A stretch of 64,000 nt of DNA from the human T2T-CHM13v2.0 reference genome, Homo sapiens: the NCBI RefSeq assembly GCF_009914755.1, contig NC_060928.1. One strand, 5' to 3'. Made by a program: the position numbers and the translations under genes. Below the pieces are notes generated by a model. That model made no database searches, was not told where the DNA came from, and saw nothing but the letters and a program-made list of their open reading frames with translations. This document shows, piece by piece, positions 1 through 11,902 of the stretch; positions within the stretch are counted from its first letter, which is position 1; each line of letters starts with the position of its first letter.

Positions 1-174
1 GATGAATTCACACTGAAACTAAAATACTTGTTAATTGTCTGGAGTTGAAGCAAAGATTAAAAATAGAGCTAATAATAACATGACACCTGATAATTTTAGA
101 ATGCCAGAATCCATTTTGTGGCATGTAATCATTTCAGTTTTCATAAAAGCTATTTTTACTAAATAATAACAGTA

Positions 175-637
175 GAGTAGTCCCCTTTTATCCGTGCAGG
201 ATATGTTCTAAGAACCCCAGTGGTTGCCTGAAAGCATGAATAGAACTGAATCTTATATATACTTTGTTTTTTTCTAGACATACATACCTATGGTGAAGTT
301 TAATTTACAAATTAGGCACAGTAAGAGAGCAAAAATAACAAATAATAAAATAGAACGACTAAGTCAAACAAGCACCGAGGTGCCACAGCAGTCAATCTGA
401 TAACAGAAACAGCGACTCAGCGGCTAATGTAGACAGTGTTAATGCACTGGACAAAGGGTTGGTTCACAACCCTGGTGGGATGGCAGGAGATTTCCTCATG
501 ATACTGAGAATAGGAGGCAATTTAAAAGTTTTTAATTGTTTATTTCTAAAATTCTCCACTTCACATTTTTGGGCCACATTTGACTGTGGGTAACTGAAAC
601 CACGGAAAATGTAACCACAGATAAGAGGGGACCGTTG
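175..637 (+). mobile_element. MER44-like (Tigger-derived TcMar) non-autonomous DNA transposon
   Basis: Terminal inverted repeats GAGTAGTCCCCTTTTATCCGTG ... CACAGATAAGAGGGGACCGTTG. Internal CATACATACCTATG..AAGTTTAATTTA.AAATTAGGCACAGTAAGAG matches the recalled MER44 consensus. Confidence 0.8.
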
Positions 638-654
638 AGTCATAATAATGACAA

Positions 655-852
655 CAGGTAAAATTTATTTGGCTCTCACATATGCTGTTAATTTTACATA
701 GATTGTTTCAGCTATTATATAATTTTAAAAACAAGTGCTTAAGATTTAAGTATTAAGTCACTATCCCACAATCACATAAGGAGTAAATGACAGAACCAAG
801 ATTTGAAAAAAAACAATATGACTTGAGTATTCTTAGCAGATACACCATACTG
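655..852 (-). mobile_element. MIR fragment
   Basis: Degenerate MIR core (..TAAATGACAGAACCAAGATTTGAA..TCTTAGCAGATACACCATACTG). Confidence 0.55.
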
Positions 853-864
853 CAAGTAGTATAG

Positions 865-1230
865 TGTATTAATTTACTAGGGCTGGCATAACATAGTACC
901 AAAGACAGTGTGGCTTAAATAACACAATTTTATTTTCTCATAATTCTGGAGGCCAGAAGTCCAAGATAAAGATGTCAGCAGGATTGATTTTATTCTGCGA
1001 CCCTGTCATTGGTGCATACATGGTCTTCCCTTTCTGCATATCTTATTTCTAATCTGCTCTTCTTATGAGGACACCAGTTATATGATTTAGGGTCTACCCA
1101 TATGATCTCATTTTACCTAAATAACCTCCTTAGAAACCAAATCTCCAAATACAGTCATATTCTAAGGTACTGTGGGTTAAGACTTCAACATATAAATTGG
1201 GGGAGGGGTGAGCACCATTAATCTCATAAT
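865..1230 (-). mobile_element. MLT1A/B-like MaLR solo LTR
   Basis: TGTATTAATTTACTAGGGCTG..TTCTGGAGGCCAGAAGTCCAAGAT..CTCCAAATACAGTCATATTCT..GACTTCAACATAT. Confidence 0.8.
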
Positions 1231-1314
1231 ATATAGTTCCTTAGACCAAAGGGGAAAACAAAGATTCATTATTGCCCAGTGTTAAATGTTGATGAAAAGA
1301 GTCAAACTCTGTTC

Positions 1315-1379
1315 ATATATATATATATAGAGAGAGAGAGAGCATAAAATACAAAAATGTGTGTGTGTGTTTGTGTGTG

Positions 1380-1415
<36 letters not shown>
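1315..1415. repeat. Compound microsatellite (TA)n(GA)n(TG)n(TA)n at Alu tail
   Basis: Seen directly. Confidence 0.95.
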
Positions 1416-1712
<297 letters not shown>

Positions 1713-3087
1713 TGAAATGTTTGAAGCTATTTATTCTGAGCCAAATATAAGTTACCATGGCCAGTGACACAGCACTGAAGTCAAGGTCCTAAGAACATGT
1801 GCCCAAGGTGGTCAGGGTGAAGCTTGGTTTTGTACATTTTAGGAGGAGTGAGACATCAATAAATCACATTTAAGGAATACATTGATTTGGTCCAGAAAGG
1901 CAGGACAACTCAAAGAGGGGGCTTCCAGGCTATAGGTAAATTTAAGCATTTTCTGGTTGACAATTGGTTGAGTTTGTCTAAAGACCTGGGATCAATAGAA
2001 AGGAAATGTTCAGGTTAAGATAAAAGATTGTGGAGACCAAGGTTCTTTTGAAATCTTATAATGGCTGCCCTTAGAGACAATAGATGACAAATGTTTCCTA
2101 TTCAGACCTCTAAAAGTTTCTAGACTCTTAATTCATCTCTTCAGGATTGGGAGGGCCTGGAAGAAAAGATCTAGCTATGTTAATAGAGATCCTTTACAGA
2201 TGTAAATTTTCACCCACAAAGGACAGCTTTGCAGGGCCATTTCAAAATATGGCCAAAAAACACGTTGGGGTAAAATATTTTGACTTTCTTCTTTGTCATT
2301 TAATGTTACGCCAGAGTCAGATTGGAAAGTAAGTCACAATATACTGGTTAATTAAAACCCATATGATGAGAATTTATGGTTTGTAGGTCATGACTCTCCA
2401 GACCCCTTAGATAGAAATTTGGACAAGATTTAAAAATCAGAGATTAGTCTTCACAAAGAAGGTACAATTTCTCAAACTGAGTCCAGCAGACATAATTCTT
2501 CCAACATAACTCACGTGGCTAAATTGAGTTTGGAAAGAAGTAGTGAGTAGTAGGATAGAGAGAAGAAAGATGATAAAAATTCATGGACACTAATACACTG
2601 AGTGTAAAAATCTCTGAAGTTTGGTAACATCCTGATGATGAGATTTTCGATTGGATTACTGATGGTAATTCTGTCAGTTAGAAAAAATTTCACTAAGAGG
2701 GAGAGAATCAGCTGACTCTAAGAAGCTCAGCCTAAAGTTTTGTTTGTTCAGAAACACTCAACAGAGCATGCATAGGAACAGAGGAAGTGGGCAGCAGGGG
2801 TAGTAGGGGTGAGCACTCTCAGTGGAGCTTTCAAAGTTAAAACAAAGAAGATCATGGAGATGGAGGTTGAGGGCATTCTCCTGCTGACACACAGAGCTTT
2901 CTCTTGACCCTCTCCCAGGGTCAGCAAAGTGCCATTTTCTGTGTGGTCCACATCCATGAAATCTTTGAATTAAGACTGTGTTCTGCTGATAATTCCTCCC
3001 ATCAAACTTCAAATGACACTTAAAAGCTTTTTAGATTTTTATAAGTGCCCCATGTGTCTTATCTATGCTTTCCCTGCTTACTGCTTC

Positions 3088-4372
3088 TGTGTCCGGAATT
3101 GGTGGGTTCTTGGTCTCACTGACTTCAAGAATGAAGCCGTGGACCCTCGCAGTGAGTGTTACATTTCTTAAAGGCGGTGTGTCCGGAGTTTGCTCCTTCT
3201 GATGTTCGGATGTGTTTGGAGTTTCTTCCTTCTGGTGGGTTCGCCTTCTTAAGGCGGCGCTTCTGGAGTTGTTCATTCCTCCCAGTGGATTCGTGGTCTC
3301 GCTGGCTTCAGGAGTGAAGCTGCAGACCTTCGTGGTGGGTGTTACAGCTCACAAAGGCAGTGTGAACCCAAAGAGTGAGCAGCAGCAAGATTATTGCAAA
3401 GAGAGAAAGAACAAAGCTCCCACAGTGTGGAAGGGGACCCGAGCGGGTTGCCTCTGCTTGCTCGGGCAGCCTGCTTTTATTCTCTTATTTGGCCCCACCC
3501 ACATCCTGCTGATTGGTAAAGCCCAGTGGTCTGTTTTGACAGGGCGCTGATTGGTGTGTTTACAATCCCTGAGCTAGACACAAAGGTTCTCCACGTCCCC
3601 ACCAGATTAGCTAGATAGAGTGTGGACTGGTGCATTCACAAACCCTGAGCTAGACACAGGGTGCTGATTGGTGTGTTTACAAACCTTGAGCTAGATACAG
3701 AGTGCTGACTGGTGTATTTACAACCCCTTAGCTAGACATAAAGGTTCTCCATGTCCCCACCAGACTCAAGAGCCCAGCTGACTTCACCCAGTGGATCCGG
3801 CACGGGGGCTTCAGGTGGAGCTGCCTGCCAGTCCCGCGCCAGTGCACCCGCACTCCTCAGCCCCTGGGTGGTGGATAGGACTGGGCGCTGTGGAGCAGGG
3901 GGCGGCATTCATCGGGGAGGCTTGGGCGGCACAGGAGCCCACAGAGGGCGGGGGAGGCTCAGGCATGGCGGGCTGCAGGTCCCCAGCCCTGCCCCATGGT
4001 AAGGCAGCTAAGGCCCCGTGAGAAATTGAGCACAGCAGCTGCTGGCCCAGGTGCTAAGCCCCTCACTGCCCAGGCCGCTGGGGTTGGCCGGCCGCTCTGA
4101 GTGCGGGGGTCTGCCAAGCCCACGCCCACCCAGAACTCACGCTGGCCCGCAAGCACCACTTGCAGCCCGGGTTCCCACCCGTGCCTCTCCCTCCACACCT
4201 CCCCGCAAGCTGAGGGAGCCGGTTCTGGCCTTGGCCAGCCCAGAAAGGGGCTCCCGCAGTGCAGCGGTGGGCTGAAGGGCTCCTCAAGTGCCGCCAAAGT
4301 GGGAGCCCAGGCAGAGGAGGTGCGGAGAGTGAGCGAGGGCTGTGAGGACTGCCAGCACGCTGTCACCTCCCA
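3088..4372 (-). mobile_element. LTR12C (ERV9) solo LTR
   Basis: Ends TGTGTCCGGAATTGG and CTGCCAGCACGCTGTCACCTCCCA. Tandem CTGATTGGT/GAGCTAGACAC enhancer repeats, GC-rich U3, flanks CTTC/CTAC (TSD, 1 mismatch). Confidence 0.93.
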
Positions 4373-5375
4373 CTACTTTAATATGTTGTAGCAGCACTAT
4401 TACCCCTAAGGCCTGTTTGTGCTGAAGAGCCTCTTCTATTACAGATTCCCTCTTCCTCAACCTCCCACCTTTCAAATCAAACTTCTACAGGGACAAAGCT
4501 GTATGGATACCCTTCCCCTCAAAGATTTCTTGAAAAAACAAGGGGCTGATGTAACAGTTTTGAATTTAAACATCTGGAAAAAAATATAATTAATTAACAT
4601 CAACTAATCATTAACATGAATGAATTAAAATTCTTAATTAAATGTCAAGTATTGGACATTTTAATGTAAAAATAAACTAGATTTAAAAAATTTAAGAATC
4701 ACTCCATCTCTAATATAAATTTAAAAACATTAGGACAAATTTAAGAGGCATAATATCCTCACCTCTTGTTGAGTTCCTGTGAGCAAAGTATATTGCCAGA
4801 TATTGAATGAAGACAGCTTGAATGAATACGTAGAGCAAGGGCAAGATTCCATGTTCTAAAACTATTAGAATACCTCTCTGGACTTCCCATCTAATTGAGG
4901 AAAATTTTGCTGATAATATTAAAGATAGAACTTCTATTTAGGAATCTTTGGTTGTAAGGAATACCCCAGGTATTCTGTCTTGTGTTGCTTTTTCTTTTAT
5001 CTAAACATTCTTCCTGGATAGGCTACTAATACTCTTGTATTCTGATAACTCAAAAATTATATCTCCACCTCTGGCTACTCCTCCTGATTCAAGATTTACA
5101 TATCCAATTGTCAATCTGATATAAACAGTTGGAAGGCTAGTAAACATCTCAAAATTAAAATAAGCAATGGAGAACTGCTGATTATCTTGTCTAAATCTAC
5201 TTGCTAAGTTTTATTCATTACAGCAAATGACAGCCATTCATCCAGTTGTCTAATTCAAAAATCTAGGTTATAGCTTTTATTCCTCTATTTCATTTTATCC
5301 CCATGTGTAATTTTAAATTAGCATGTCTATCCCCCAAACAACATTCCAAATTCCATTATATCTCTTTGTCTACAG

Positions 5376-5783
5376 TGTAAAAGAAAAATTGCACCTGGTC
5401 AGTTAAACAGACCACACATTATTTAAGACTATGAGAATAAAGGTGTATTATGTTTGCTTTCCATTATTCTTAAGAAGGTTAATGGTACTCAGCCATCTGT
5501 ATTTACTAATTGTCTCTTATCAAAGCTTGGGTCTTCCCCTCCCATAGAGAGACAAGGATCTTATCTTTCTTGATGATTACATTTCAAAAGATGACTCTCA
5601 ACTCCTTGAAAAAGATATTTCAGAGTTGTAGATGATTTACATCTCAAAGAGGCATAAAAAGAATTTGCAATTCCAAGTTTTCTAAAGTAAGTGTTTTAAG
5701 AAAAGGGAGTAGAGACCTATAGTCAGAAAGAAGCGTGACTAAAGTTTAGTCAAACTCAGGGGAAGTTAAGACCATCTTGGTAA
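5376..5783 (-). mobile_element. MER31-like ERV1 solo LTR
   Basis: ATTTACATCTCAAAGAGGCA..AAGTTTTCTAAAGTAA..AAAGTTTAGTCAAACTCAGGGGAAGTTAAGACCATCTTGG. Confidence 0.75.
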
Positions 5784-6536
5784 ATACTATGAGTACTCTT
5801 ATTGAAGGTACAGTCACCCTTTGCTATGACTACTGAAATGTCTTTGTAAATCGTTTTCCTTTTTTTCTGTTTTGCCTTTCTTTTTTACTACAGATAAATA
5901 AAATTAGATTTTTTCTGTTTCTCAAACATACCAAAGGATTCCCATGTTTCGGCCTTTCAATTAGCTCTCAGCTTGGTTTGTGGTGTTCTCCTTGTACCAG
6001 TTATTAAATTATTCTTTCTCCTTTCCAAACCCATCCTTCTGTGTTCTGCTATGCTTTTCCATGTAATGACTGACCTGGGCCAATGCAGGCTACATTTCTC
6101 TTTTGCTAGGTAGACCCCTATTTTGTTTTTGACAATAGCAAGTACTATATGGATACTAGAAAGCTGGAGAAAAAGATATACCTTATTAGTGTTGGCCTCC
6201 TATTCATATCAGCTGTTGCTGATATGAATGGTGGTCCTAAAACCTGGTGTTTTGGTAACAATTTAAGTTTGTTGTTTTTAACCTCCAATTTCTAGCTTCT
6301 TTTCACATTTACAAATCCAGCTTTTTTCCTTCCTGTAATAGCCAGAATTTTTAGGAATGATCTTGAATTATGGAATTGAATTATGTCTTCAATATGGAAG
6401 ACATATTGAATTATGTCTTCCAAAAAGTTATAGAGAAGTCCTAATCCCTGGTGCCTGTATAGTCTTATATGGAAATAGAGTCCCTGTAGATGCAATTAAG
6501 ATGCCAGTTAAAATAAAGTCACTCTGACATAGGGTT

Positions 6537-7646
6537 TGTGAACCTGTTACTGGACCAAACTGAGGATCGAGCTGCTATTTCTCGTGGCCCAATAACGAGA
6601 TGCAGATGAACTGGGGAGGAAGAGAGTTTTTATTTCTGTAACCAGTTACAGGGAGAAGGCCCAGAAATTACGGCCAGACCAACTCAAAATTACAAAGTTT
6701 TCCAGAGCTTATATACCTTCTAAACTATATGTCTGCATGTATTAAGTGTACATTCATCAAATACATAAGTGATTAACTTATTTTAATCTATAACTAAGGT
6801 CTGAGTCCTGAAGACCTTCTTTTGGAGCCTAGGTATGTTTACTTAATCTAAATGGGTCTAAGTGGTGGGGTGATTATCTTGTCTCCTGCTAAATCATGCA
6901 GGTTTGGGGAGTTCCTTCAGACCTCCAATATACTTGTTTGTGGAGGCCTAGGGAGTCTCTTTAGACCACCATTAAAACTTGTTTAATCCTAAATGGATCC
7001 TGTTAAGAATTCATTTATTATTTTGTCATGCTTTAAGGCCCAGAAAAGGCCTAGGCAAAACTCTTGATAGACTTTTGTTACATTCCAGCCTTGGTATAAG
7101 AGCACTAGCTTTTTCAGCTTTTGATGTTTAACTTAACCGCTCGGTCAGTTCTGAAACAGTTGTGATGGAGGCCTGCATTAGTGAAACCTGGCCTGCCACA
7201 AACCCAGAAAATCTGAGACAGGTCTCAGTTAATTTAGAAAATTTGTTTTGCCAAAGTTGAGGATGCACCCATGACACAGCCTCAGGAAGTCCTGTGTTAT
7301 GTGCCCAAGGTGGTCTGGGCATGGCTTGGTTTCATACATTTTAGGGAGACATGAGACAACTATTAATATATGTTAGCAGTACATTGGTTTGGTCTGGAAA
7401 GGTGGAACAGCTTGAAGCAAAGAAAGGAAGACTCAAAGCCATGAGGGAGCTTCCAGGTCACAGATAGTTAAGACATACTCTTTTGAGTTACTTATTAGCC
7501 TTTCCAAAGGAGGCAATCAGATAAGCATCTATCTCAGTGAGCAGAGGAATAACTTTGAATAGATTGGGAGGTAGGTTTGCCCTAAGCAGTTTCCAGCTTG
7601 AGTTTTCCTTAGTGATTTTGGGGGCCCAAGATATTTTCCTTTCACA
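6537..7646 (-). mobile_element. MER4A1-like solo LTR (6537-6544 + 7201-7646)
   Basis: TGTGAACC | CAGAAAATCTGAGACAGGTCTCAGTTAATTTAG ... GGGGCCCAAGATATTTTCCTTTCACA. Flanks GGTT/GGTG. Confidence 0.85.
6545..7200 (-). mobile_element. ERV solo LTR (LTR62/LTR66-like; family uncertain)
   Basis: TG..CA termini, exact AACC duplication on both sides, minus-strand AATAAA near 6630, minus-strand start TGTGGCAGGCCAGGTTTCACTAATGCAGGCC. Confidence 0.75.
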
Positions 7647-7972
7647 GGTGGGACCTTAATACATACAATTTGACTACTGTCCCCATAAAAAGAGGAAAAA
7701 AGACACAGCAGATGATACACACAGAGAAGAGAACATCAAGTGAAGACACAGACAGAGGGAAGATAGCCATGTGATGACGCAGAAATTGCAGTTGTGCAGC
7801 TACAAACCACCTAACACCAAGGATTTCCACCAACTCCAGAAACAGACTCTAAGAATAGCTATGAAACAGACTCTCTCTTAAAATTGAAATGCAGGTTCAG
7901 TTGATTGCTGCTGGTGGAGTTGATTTAACAAGAGTGAGGTCTGGTGTAAAGCGAGTGACTTTTTAAAAAAGC

Positions 7973-9151
7973 TATTTTATTTTATTTTTTTCTAATTTTA
8001 TATTTTTTAACTTTTATTTGATGTTCGGGGAACATGTGAAGGTTTGTTATATAGGTAAACTCATATCATGGGAGTTTGTTGTACAGATTATTTCATCACT
8101 CAGGTATTAAGCCCAGTACCAGATAGTTATCTTTTCTGCTCCTCTCCCTCCTCCCACCCTCCACTGTCCACACCCAGACTCCAATGTCTGTCGTTTTCTT
8201 CTTTGTGTTCATAACTTCTCATCATTTAGTTCCCATATATAAGTGAGAATATGTGAGTATTTGTTTTTCTATTCCTGCATTAGTTGTTGAGGATAATAAC
8301 CTCCAGTTTCATTCATATTCTTGCAGAAGACATGATCTTGTTCTTTTTCATGGCTGCATAGTACTTTTTATGGTGTACATGTACCACATTTTCTTTATCC
8401 AATGTGTCATTGATGGGCATTTAGGTTGATTCCATGTCTTTACTATTGTAAATAGTGCTGCAATGAACATTTGTGTGAATGTGTCTTTATGGTAGGATTA
8501 TTTATATTCCTCTGAGTATAGTACATATAGTATATATACTGTATATATACACAACAGAGTATATATACTGTATATATATACAACAGAGTATATATACTGT
8601 ATATATACACAACGGAGTATATATACTGTATATATATACAACAGAGTATATATACTGTATATATATACAACAGAGTATATATGCTGTATATATACAACAG
8701 AGTATATATGCTGTATATATACTACAGAGTATATATGCTGTATATATATGCTACAGAGTATATATGCTGTATATATATGCTACAGAGTATATATGCTGTA
8801 TATATATGCTACAGAGTATATATGCTGTATATATATGCTACAGAGTATATATGCTGTATATATATGCTACAGAGTATATATGCTGTATATATATGCTACA
8901 GAGTATATATGCTGTATATACATGCTACAGAGTATATATGCTGTATATATATGCTACATATATATTATATATTATATATATATATTTTGAATCTGGAAAT
9001 TGCTTTGGGCAGTATGGTCATTTTAATGATATTGATTCTTCCTCTCCATTAGTAAGGGATGTTTTTTCCATTTGTTTGTGTCTTCTTGGATTTCTTTGAG
9101 CAGTACTTTTTAATACTCATTATAGAGATCATTTGCCTCCTTGGTTAGCTG
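7973..9151 (-). mobile_element. L1PA15/16-like 3' fragment with internal deletion occupied by a VNTR
   Basis: T-rich tail and antisense L1 3'UTR/ORF2 end at 7973-8520. ORF2 piece TTGGGCAGTATGGTCATTTTAATGATATTGATTCTTCC at 8987-9151. Confidence 0.9.
8529..8985. repeat. 29-bp minisatellite, ~15 copies, plus (TA)n tail
   Basis: Units CAGAGTATATATACTGTATATATATACAA grading to CAGAGTATATATGCTGTATATATATGCTA. Confidence 0.95.
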
Positions 9152-9677
9152 TTTAGAGGAAGAAGTAAAGGCTTTCTGTCTTAAGGGTACTGCTTCACTT
9201 TTGGAGCAGAGAGCAGGCAATTTTATAAGGACACATGGCATGAGTGGAATGAAGAGGAGGACGTGAGCAGGTACAGGTTGCGTACTCACTTTGGTGCCTT
9301 ACCTACCAGGGAATCAAGTTGGTATCTTTGAGTCAAGGGCAGAACTAGGTTGTAAAAGTTGCTGAAATTCTCCAGGAGAGAGTTTCGTAGCAGGCATATT
9401 TTGGGGCGTAAATTGATTGTTGTGTCTTAAGGCAAACTCCTGGTGGGTGAGGGTTTTGCTCTGGAGCTTCTAAGCACATAGTCAGATGAACTTGTTCTGT
9501 AAGGAGTGTCTGATGAAAGGGAGATAAAAGGCTATAATTACATTTCTAAAGGGCTAAGTAGGAAGGAGTGGGCGGGGAAATGGAGGAAAGAGAAAAAATA
9601 ATTTAAAAGATCTCATTCTCTTTTTCTTGGAAAAATGGGTGTACTTGTTTACATTCTCAGAGACTTTCAGTAAGAAC

Positions 9678-10222
9678 TGTAGGTTCCTGAATGTTCCTGA
9701 AAATGCTCTGATGGCTTGCTGAAAAAACAACTCACAAAGGGCAGATTAGGAAGAAAGGTACACAAATTTACTTAACTGGTTTACAAGATAACCTTCAGAA
9801 AGTAGACCCAACGCCTCAATTAAGTACAGAAATGTCTATGCCATCTTGAGGTTATAGAAAATACACAGGCTCAGAGCATGGCAAAAACAGCTTATGATGG
9901 TAAACCAGATTATAGTGGGAAGAGAAGTTATGAGAGGAGGAGAAGAGGAGGCTTGGCTAGCAAATTGGTCTTGTCATGTAGATGAAACCACACAGAACTT
10001 ATAGTAAATGTTTCTTTCAGATTTTTAAAGGTGTCAGACTCAGTTAATCTCTCATAGATCCAGACAAGAGAAGGCCTGCTGTGTTAATGTAGATTCTCTA
10101 CAGTTGCAAATTTCCCCCACAAAAGGCAGCTTTGCAGGGCTACTTTAGTCTGCTGGACTTGTGGCAGCCATCTCAAAATACATTAAAAATACATTTGAGG
10201 TCAAATATTTTGATTTCCTTCA
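9678..10222 (-). mobile_element. MER39/MER34-family ERV1 solo LTR
   Basis: GCAAATTTCCCCCACAAAAGGCAGCTTTGCAGGGC..CAGCCATCTCAAAATA..AAATATTTTGATTTCCTTCA. Flanks GAAC/GAAA. Confidence 0.75.
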
Positions 10223-10907
10223 GAAATATTGTCCAACAACTAAATTTTGAAGTTCTTGTGTGCACAACTGTGAAAGAACAAATTTTTGTTAGCTTAAACT
10301 ATTCAGGTTTTGGTACTTCGGTATTTTTCGTACAGCCTTTTAAAACAAATACAGCCCCTATGAGTCTGCCCTATAGTTCATAAACTCATAAATGTGGTAT
10401 TACTCCTATGATTGTGTTATGTTATATGGCATAGTTAATCTTAAAAAGGAAAGATGCTCTGGGCATTCCTAATCAAATAATAGAAATATTTAGAAGCAGG
10501 GAAATTCCTCTGTCTGGTGGCTGAGGGAGGAATGCAGAAGGAGAAATCAAAAGGATTCAAAGAATAAGGACGGTTTGGTACGCCTTTGCCAGCTTAAAGA
10601 TAGAGGGGGGCCAGTGATAAGGAATGAAGGGGATATTTAGAAGCTAAAAGCAGTTCCTAGCTTATAGCCTTCAAGAAAACAGGGGGCTCGGATCCACAGC
10701 CAGAGGAACTGGGTTCTATTAACAACATTAATGAACTCGAAGAGACTCTTCCCGAGATCCTCCAGATAAGAATCTAGCTGGAGTATATTTTAATTTTAGC
10801 CTTGTGAGAACCCAAGGAGAAAATGTAGATGAGCTTGCCCAGATTTCTGATTTACAGGACTGTGGGAAAAGAAATGAGTGTTGTTTTAAGCTGCAAGTTC
10901 ATGGTCA

Positions 10908-11617
10908 TGAGAAGTGAAGTGAGCTGGACTTCCTGGGCCAAGTGAGGACTTGGAGAACTTTTCTGTCTAGCTAGAGAAATGTAAACACACCAATCAGTGC
11001 TCTGTGTCTAGCTAAAGGATTGTAAGCGCACCAATCAGCACTCTGTAAAAATGCACCAATCAGTGCTCTGTGTCTAGCTAAAGGATAGTGAATGCACCAA
11101 TCAGCACTCTGTAAAAATGCACCAATCAGTGCTCTGTGTCCAACTAAAGGATTGTAAACACACCAATTAGCACTCTATAAAATGGACCAATCAGCACTCT
11201 TTAAAATGGACTCAACCAGTGCTCTGTAAAATGGACCAATCAGCAGAATGTGGGTGGGGTCAAATAAGGGACTAAAAGCTGGCCACCCCAGCCAGCAGCA
11301 GCAACCTGCTCCGGTCAACTTCCATGGTGTGGAAGCTTTGTTCTTTTGCTCTTCACAATAAATCCTCCTGCTGCTCACTCTTTGGGTCCACCCCACCTTT
11401 AAGAGCTGTAACACTTGTTGCAGAGGTCCGCAACTTCATTCTTGAAGTCCGCGAGATCATGAACCCTCAAGAAGGAAGAAACCCCGGACACATCTGAAGG
11501 AACAAATTCGGGACACACCATCTTTAAGAGTTGTAACACTCACCACGAAGGTCTGCGGCTTGATTCTTGAAGTCAGCGAGACCAAGAACCCACCGGAAGA
11601 AACAAACTCCGGACATG
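10908..11617 (+). mobile_element. LTR12 (ERV9) short-type solo LTR
   Basis: Start TGAGAAGTGAAG..GCTGGACTTCCTGGG, tandem CACCAATCAG repeats, AATAAA near 11357, end ACCAAGAACCCACCGGAAG..CTCCGGACA. Confidence 0.93.
10985..11285 (+). promoter_or_regulatory. ERV9 CCAAT (NF-Y) tandem enhancer/promoter array
   Basis: Eight CCAAT boxes in CACCAATCAG-type repeats upstream of the LTR12 TATA-like region. Activity is not shown by sequence. Confidence 0.55.
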
Positions 11618-11902
11618 GTAGTTTGTTACGCAGAAATACAAAACTGATCCCTTCTGAGGTACTAGAGACATTCATCTTGTCCTTAGAGGTCTGAGTACCC
11701 GCTCTGACAGTTCCTTCCTCTAAGTTCCCATGGTACCAATGCCAGCTATGCAGTGCTCTGTCAGCTCTGTGGGTGCTTCCTCCAAGCTTCCAGTTTCTGA
11801 GTGTCCCCATTTTTCCCTTGTTTCCTCTATCCTTAAGGGTGGTAGCTGTGTTTTTGAAATTATATTTTCTGTGTTAGCTCAATATTTTCTTTATGATTTT
11901 AC

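Larger units (their letters stand above)
7885..9653 (-). mobile_element. ERV1 solo LTR (LTR48-like, uncertain), split by L1 (7885-7972 + 9152-9653)
   Basis: TG..CA termini. AACAAGAGTGAGGTCTGG..GTGACTTTT resumes as AGAGGAAGAAGTA..TTAAGGGTACTGCTTC; ends AAAAATGGGTGTACTTGTTTACA. Confidence 0.65.
6365..10352 (+). mobile_element. MLT1C-like MaLR LTR split into pieces (6365-6536, 7647-7884, 9654-9677, 10223-10352)
   Basis: GAAGTCCTAATCCCTGGTGCCTGT..TGGAAATAGAGTC; ATAAAAAGAGGAAA..GCCATGTGATGAC..CCAAGGATT; AACTGTGAAAGAACAAATTT..AAAACAAATACA. Confidence 0.75.
6334..11650 (+). mobile_element. MLT1E-like MaLR LTR split into pieces (6334-6363, 10353-10907, 11618-11650)
   Basis: Start TGTAATAGCCAGAATT, body TGTTATATGGCA..CCTCCAGATAAGA..AGCCTTGTGAGA..GTGTTGTTTTAAGC, end TTTGTTACGCAG..AACTGAT. 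Flanks CTTCC/CTTCT. Confidence 0.75.

Noticed and set aside
3031-4391. Cluster of GC-rich ORFs / apparent CpG island
   Set aside because: All lie in or overlap LTR12C; GC-rich sequence has few stop codons.
6125-6155. Position of the CTCF-like motif recalled for LTR41
   Set aside because: The motif is degraded here (GACAATAGCAAGTAC), so binding is not supported.
8529-8960. CRISPR-like appearance of ~29-bp repeats
   Set aside because: Units are head-to-tail with no unique spacers, and the DNA is primate.
8479-9099. 206-aa ORF and overlapping ORFs rich in Y/I/C
   Set aside because: Translation of the 29-bp minisatellite; periodic and low-complexity, with no gene context.
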